NCBI GenBank assembly: GCA_024704765.1
Contig: JAKMXF010000092.1
Location: 1-13,424 of the forward strand
Source: Oopsacas minuta
Taxonomy: Eukaryota > Animalia > Porifera
Direction: 5' to 3'
DNA length: 13,424 nt
Shown here: piece after piece, positions 9,265-13,424 of the stretch
How positions within the stretch are numbered: position 1 is the first letter of the stretch
Layout: each line of letters opens with the position of its first letter
Program-made: the position numbers and the translations under genes
The notes under the pieces: generated by a model
What the model was told of the DNA's origin: nothing
Database searches by the model: none
What the model saw: the letters and a program-made list of their open reading frames with translations, nothing else

Positions 9265-9565
9265 CTGTTGTTATCGATGAAGGTCTTTTACATAGAAAAG
9301 CATATCTCGTCATGTTACAGCCCACAGTTCCCCAACTACCCTCTCCAGTTCTTATTATGTCAACACAATCTTCATTAATAATAAATGGTTCACTTCCTGT
9401 CCAGTTTGTATGACTATATACTGAACTATCAATCCAGGTATAAGTTCCCTCTACACTCCTATCATTCAATCCTATCCAGCAATTACTCACTGTATCAGGG
9501 ATAATAGTGTATAAGTAATTATTCTCTCTCTCTGTAGTAATACTAGTCAAGTCACCACCCCATAC
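9265..9565 (-). CDS. C-type lectin-like domain exon (type B, copy 2), 5'-truncated by the N at 9566, gene A
   Basis: Ungapped 301-nt alignment to 6365-6665 (offset 2900), with 28 mismatches by hand count. Donor G|GTCAGT at 9264. Confidence 0.92.
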
Positions 9566-9566
9566 N

Positions 9567-9859
9567 CCTATCGCAACGTGTGGATTGTCATTAGTTTCTC
9601 TCCCTCGCCTCCTCAATAAATCTTTCATGACTGTTACCTCATCTTTACCGTATTCCTGTGGGTGAGAATGTTCCCCAGACTTTTTGATGATTGTCTCATC
9701 AACGGAGTGTATTCTAGCTTTACATCCTCGCACGTCACACCGCCACTCCTTTTTGATAGCTCCCCGATGGAAAATATACAAATATCCGTCGTGGGATAAT
9801 TTGTTAGTCCCCTTCGAAGATTTGACTATTCGGAATGAAGTATCGCTATTAGCAGACAT
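9567..9859 (-). CDS. N-terminus of a FLYWCH zinc finger protein, probably a Mutator-like (MULE) transposase; truncated at N 9566
   Basis: ATG at 9859. SSKG..KLSHDGYLY..W-R-C...GCKAR...HSH is a FLYWCH pattern, followed by KDLLRRRGRET..P..I, the kind of helical linker that precedes MULE transposase domains. The catalytic domain is not visible. Confidence 0.75.
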
Positions 9860-10059
9860 TAGATACTCGGTGATAAAATATCCAGCTCATCCAATGCATT
9901 TTATAGATCCCGAAATAATTTTGTAATTAGAGTTTATTTATCTGTGAAACCTTTAATTAACTTGTCAAATATACATTACATTGTACACAACTGTGATGTA
10001 CGCAACTGTGAACTATAAACATTGTACGCAAGTGTGATGTACGCCAATGTGCGGCTCCC
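9567..10059 (-). mobile_element. 5' end of a putative Mutator-like DNA transposon
   Basis: Putative terminus GGGAGCCGCACATTGG on the minus strand at 10059. Four 15-bp subterminal repeats TGTAC(G/A)C(A/C)A(C/G/A)TGTG(A/C) at 9982, 9997, 10023 and 10038, then the FLYWCH ORF. The other end is not in view. Confidence 0.55.
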
Positions 10060-10388
10060 ATCGGAATGCTGGTGCATTTATATGGTATGAGAATATTTGC
10101 TAACAAAACGGATTGAATTTCAATGTATAATAAACTTACACAGAATGCATTCATGGTGGTGCCTGTTAGAAAAGTATTACGACTTGACAATTCTGAAATT
10201 GACAAGTTTTTCTCATTTAAGTTAAGCTTCATTTGATTATACAACAAAGTAGGATAACAAGTTTCCCAAAAATATTTTAATCTCAAAATAGTAAGAAAAT
10301 GTCAGGATAGTCTACACACAGTGAAATGCAAAAATGTTACGTGAATAAATACATGCACAATAAGTAAACATTTTACATCATTCAACTA

Positions 10389-11599
10389 TTAATTAGCAGT
10401 TTTCTCCTCACAAGCATAGTCTTGACTATCTCCATTGTAGCTATAGCCAAATAGGATGAAATCATCAAGATATATCCTATGCAGTTCCTTGCGGATATTC
10501 TGCGGAATATCACGGAAATACTCATTACACTTATCACGTGTAGACTTTCTTGGATATTTGTCGAAATATATAGGAGGGTTCGATTCTTTGTTTGTCTGGA
10601 GATAATCAACCAATAGTTGCGATTCATGGACAACGAAATCATGGTCTATAAGAATATCAAATTCTACAGCACAGGGATTATTCCACATAAAGATTGGCAT
10701 CCAATGATTATCCAATAAATCCAGGCGATTACTTTTCAGGAAGCTAGCGATATAAGTAACAAGCTCTAAAAAGGTAATATTCAAATCTTTTGGTGGCAAT
10801 AAGAGACGCTCCTGTTGTTTCGAAATTTTTTGCTTTTGTTCAAGAGACAGCTTTTCATAGTCGGGCCTTCAGTAACCGTCAGATAATTGCTCATAATAAT
10901 TTCCTTACCGTATAAGCCAGCGAATTCATGACTCGAAGTCATTATAAATTTGTCATGATATGCAGAGACAAGTCTTTCTAATGGATGTCTGTATATGAGG
11001 AATTTAGTGTATGTTTGCATGCAGCGTGCTAGATCCAAAGGCCGATCTATATACCTCGATAAACTAAAGTTATACATATTTATATAGTCCAATGTTTCAG
11101 TAATCCCAATCATATTCCCAAATTTTGTGGCCCACGTAAAAGATGATGCTTTTGCCACCCAAGAGTTCACAACCTCATAATCGTCATTAACATGCAAGAA
11201 AAGTCGACTGAGCCTTACTATGTTTGTAAATTGGCTGGGAACTTTTTGACACTTGTTTCTAAGAGAATTTCTACGCTCTAAGAACTTTGGGTATACTTGT
11301 GCCAAAGGGTGCGGTCCCTTCTTGATCATTGCCTGCCTGTATTCATCTGGTAGGCTTATTTGTAAATCTGGACTAAGGGTTTCTATCAAAATTTCACCAT
11401 CCCAGTTATTTCTGTAATTTATCCATGATGAATAAGATAGGTTTGGAATCTTAACTTGTTTTTTCATAGTTAGACGTCCTAAAATTATTGATAATGGAGT
11501 ATTCAACGACTTTGGTAGTGACAACTCATATAACATTAATCCAGCGGCGAGAAGAATGAATGTTAATATCAGTACATTGTTGCGTGTAATCCATAACAT
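10389..11599 (-). CDS. Carbohydrate sulfotransferase (Sulfotransfer_2; CHST8-14/HNK-1ST-like), type II Golgi membrane protein, interrupted by a 1-nt frameshift between 10868 and 10783 (sequencing error or pseudogene)
   Basis: N-terminal TM (VLILTFILLAAGLMLY), 5'-PSB-like VAKASSFTW, 3'-PB FLIYRHPLERLVSAY and, in the second frame, TFLELVTY, DNHW.P and PC..FD. The span is 1211 nt, so one extra base would give a 403-aa ORF. Confidence 0.85.
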
Positions 11600-12210
11600 T
11601 GGTGTTTTGTTGATGTTGAGAGGATTTCTAATGTGAATAAATTGATTATTGGATTTAAGTGTCAGTCAGCATGGTTATTTATAATATGCAAATGAAAAAG
11701 CATGAAAGGAGCTCGTAACATTTCGGCCGCTCGGAGCCTGGAGCACGGGCCATTTATCAATCAGGGTACGGATCCACGCGGAAGGTGGAGAACGCGACAT
11801 ATTAGGGGAGCGCACTCCTATTTGAGTACAAATAATTCATGATTCATTGTTATCCTGCATAAAAAGTGCTAAACGTGACGGGAAAAATTGTATACTTGGG
11901 AGTTTTTCCATAATTAGTTAATTACTATATGAAAATGAGTTGATAATGATTTTGATGGATTTCTGGAATTTTATCGAATGCACAATAGTCCAATTTAATA
12001 CTAACTAAATTAATCAATCTATAGTTTCCGTCAATGTGATTTGAGGGAGAAATATTTAACAGAGTTTGCACTTAACGTCAAGTGGATGATCCTACCACTT
12101 TCCACCATTCAGTCAATTGTTAGAAATTCCACCACCTTCCACCATTCAATCAGACCCTACAGACAGTGCGATTTTGTGTACAAATATAAGGTAAACAAAC
12201 GTCGCACTAG

Positions 12211-12471
12211 CAGAGATGCCAACTATCACGCAAAAACCGTAAGTCTAATAGCGCTTTTTGACCACTCTCACGTCTCTCACGTCATTTCCCAAATCTCAAG
12301 CTTTTTAAACGATCTGATGGGTTTTTTGGATCCATATAAATGTGCATTAGAAAGTTCTCCAAATCAATAAAGTATCCCGCTTTCTCAAGGATAAAATTAC
12401 AAATTCTTACCGACTCACGAATTTTCAGAGGGTTTCTAACGGATTCTTGAGAAGCTGGGTTTGCATCTATG
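12211..12471. mobile_element. hAT-like MITE (~260 bp)
   Basis: TIR CAGAGATGCCAAC versus GTTTGCATCTATG (11/13 match). An 8-bp direct repeat GCACTAGC (12204-12211) / GCACCAGC (12471-12478) overlaps the termini by 1 nt. Repeated internal TCACG motifs. Confidence 0.55.
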
Positions 12472-12715
12472 CACCAGCGTTGTACAAGTATGACATTAGC
12501 GAAATAGTAAGCTAAAATCCACATAATCACCAATTATAAGTTCCATACCAATATTCTTAAACTATTCCAATAAAAACCCATTCACCTAGTAGATATCGAT
12601 TGAATTAAAATATCCAATTTTACAACAAGGAGGTAGTCAGACATCCAGAAGCAATATTGACACTAATAAAAGCTAGTGAGACGTTTGTGTACAGAAACGT
12701 TCCTCTCCGGTTATA

Positions 12716-12942
12716 CAGGGTGTCCCATTATTGCCCTATTGTGTAAATGACTATAACATTCAAATATCATTAAATATATATGCTACTTTGACTAGTGCGT
12801 AAGGGAAGTCGTATCAAGTTAACTAACTAAATAAGGTTGGTCAATAAATTTATGAAAGAAAACTAGACAATTGTACGATATTTTAGAAATACTAATGAAA
12901 TGAGACCAAATGCTGATAGGGCAATAATTATGGAACACCCTG
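12716..12942. mobile_element. Tc1/mariner-type MITE (227 bp)
   Basis: TA|CAGGGTGTCCCATTATTGCCCTAT ... ATAGGGCAATAATTATGGAACACCCTG|TA: ~24-27 bp TIRs (one mismatch, one 3-nt indel) and a TA target duplication. Confidence 0.9.
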
Positions 12943-13154
12943 TATATATCATATTCCATAATCCTATTCAATTGTGTGGTAGTATTATCTAATGTTCTTC
13001 ACAATATTACATACTTGGTAGTAGTCATCACATTGATAATCCATCATGATTGACTTTCTTAAATATATCGATATAATGCAAATAATAAAGAATACAGAGT
13101 AAGATTCAAGTAGCATATTACAGCTAATCATAATAATACTTTGATTACTTAAAA

Positions 13155-13424
13155 CTATTTTTTGGGTTTACTTTTTGGAGATTTCTCTTTCTTCTCTTTC
13201 TTACTCTCTTTCCCATGACTGGGAGACTCAATCTCTTCGTGAGCTTTATCAACCTTAAGTGAAGCTTGCCGTATCTTCTCGCGTGGCTGTAGAATCCGCT
13301 CGTGGAACTCATCGCTGATCTTAATCAAGTTCTCAATTGTAGCTAACTGTTTAGCTTTGAAATTGTTCCTAAGTTTTCTTTCTGACTCCCTTCGTTTGAA
13401 CACTTCTTGCCTCCACGATTTGTA
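13155..13424 (-). CDS. C-terminal coding end of an unidentified protein (helical segment plus Lys-rich tail); 5'-partial
   Basis: The frame is open from the window edge (YKSWRQEVFKRRESERKLRNNF...KEKKEKSPKSKPKK) to a stop at 13155. I recognise no family. Confidence 0.6.
   Translation of the reverse strand, partial: YKSWRQEVFKRRESERKLRNNFKAKQLATIENLIKISDEFHERILQPREKIRQASLKVDKAHEEIESPSHGKESKKEKKEKSPKSKPKK

Noticed and set aside
8596-9926. Plus-strand ORFs 8596-8832, 8974-9249 and 9684-9926
   Set aside because: Antisense shadows of the Ig exons and the FLYWCH ORF.
9982-10052. CRISPR-like look of the 15-bp repeats
   Set aside because: The repeats are directly tandem without unique spacers, the context is eukaryotic, and they are better explained as transposon subterminal repeats.
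10783-10868. Programmed -1 ribosomal frameshift in the sulfotransferase
   Set aside because: No in-frame X_XXY_YYZ slippery heptamer in the overlap; the A6 run is in the wrong phase for A_AAA_AAT.
12091-12151. 24-bp imperfect direct repeat with 37-nt period (..CCAC(T/C)TTCCACCATTCA..)
   Set aside because: Only two copies; a local duplication with no further support.
12041-12533. ORFs 12041-12370 (+) and 12282-12533 (-)
   Set aside because: They overlap the hAT-like MITE and show no recognisable protein features.

Overview
AT-rich eukaryotic (animal) genomic scaffold with GT-AG introns of mostly 63-85 nt. The gene styles resemble those I recall from glass sponges (hexactinellids), but that is an inference only. 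Left to right: (1) an intronless coiled-coil + NHL beta-propeller CDS (+), open to the left edge; (2) an assembly gap, then an exact Tn5/Nextera mosaic-end adapter; (3) on the minus strand, two partial genes for secreted or cell-surface proteins built from symmetric phase-1 exons. Gene A reads CTL-Ig-Ig-Ig-CTL-CTL (9565 to 6365, both ends lost in gaps). Gene B is a signal-peptide exon at 5558-5471 joined to a C-type lectin (CTL) exon at 2768-2325 across a 2.7-kb intron holding a 1.1-kb foldback and Helitron-like repeats; (4) the 5' end of a FLYWCH/Mutator-like transposon, joined to a CTL exon only by a single N; (5) a Golgi carbohydrate sulfotransferase split by a 1-nt frameshift; (6) a degenerate hammerhead-core/Penelope-like motif, a hAT-like MITE, a Tc1/mariner MITE, and the C-terminal coding end of an unidentified gene at the right edge. 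I found no prokaryotic system, CRISPR array or RNA gene. The best biological lead is the modular lectin-Ig receptor cluster with mosaic divergence between repeated modules. Several apparent novelties are assembly artefacts.
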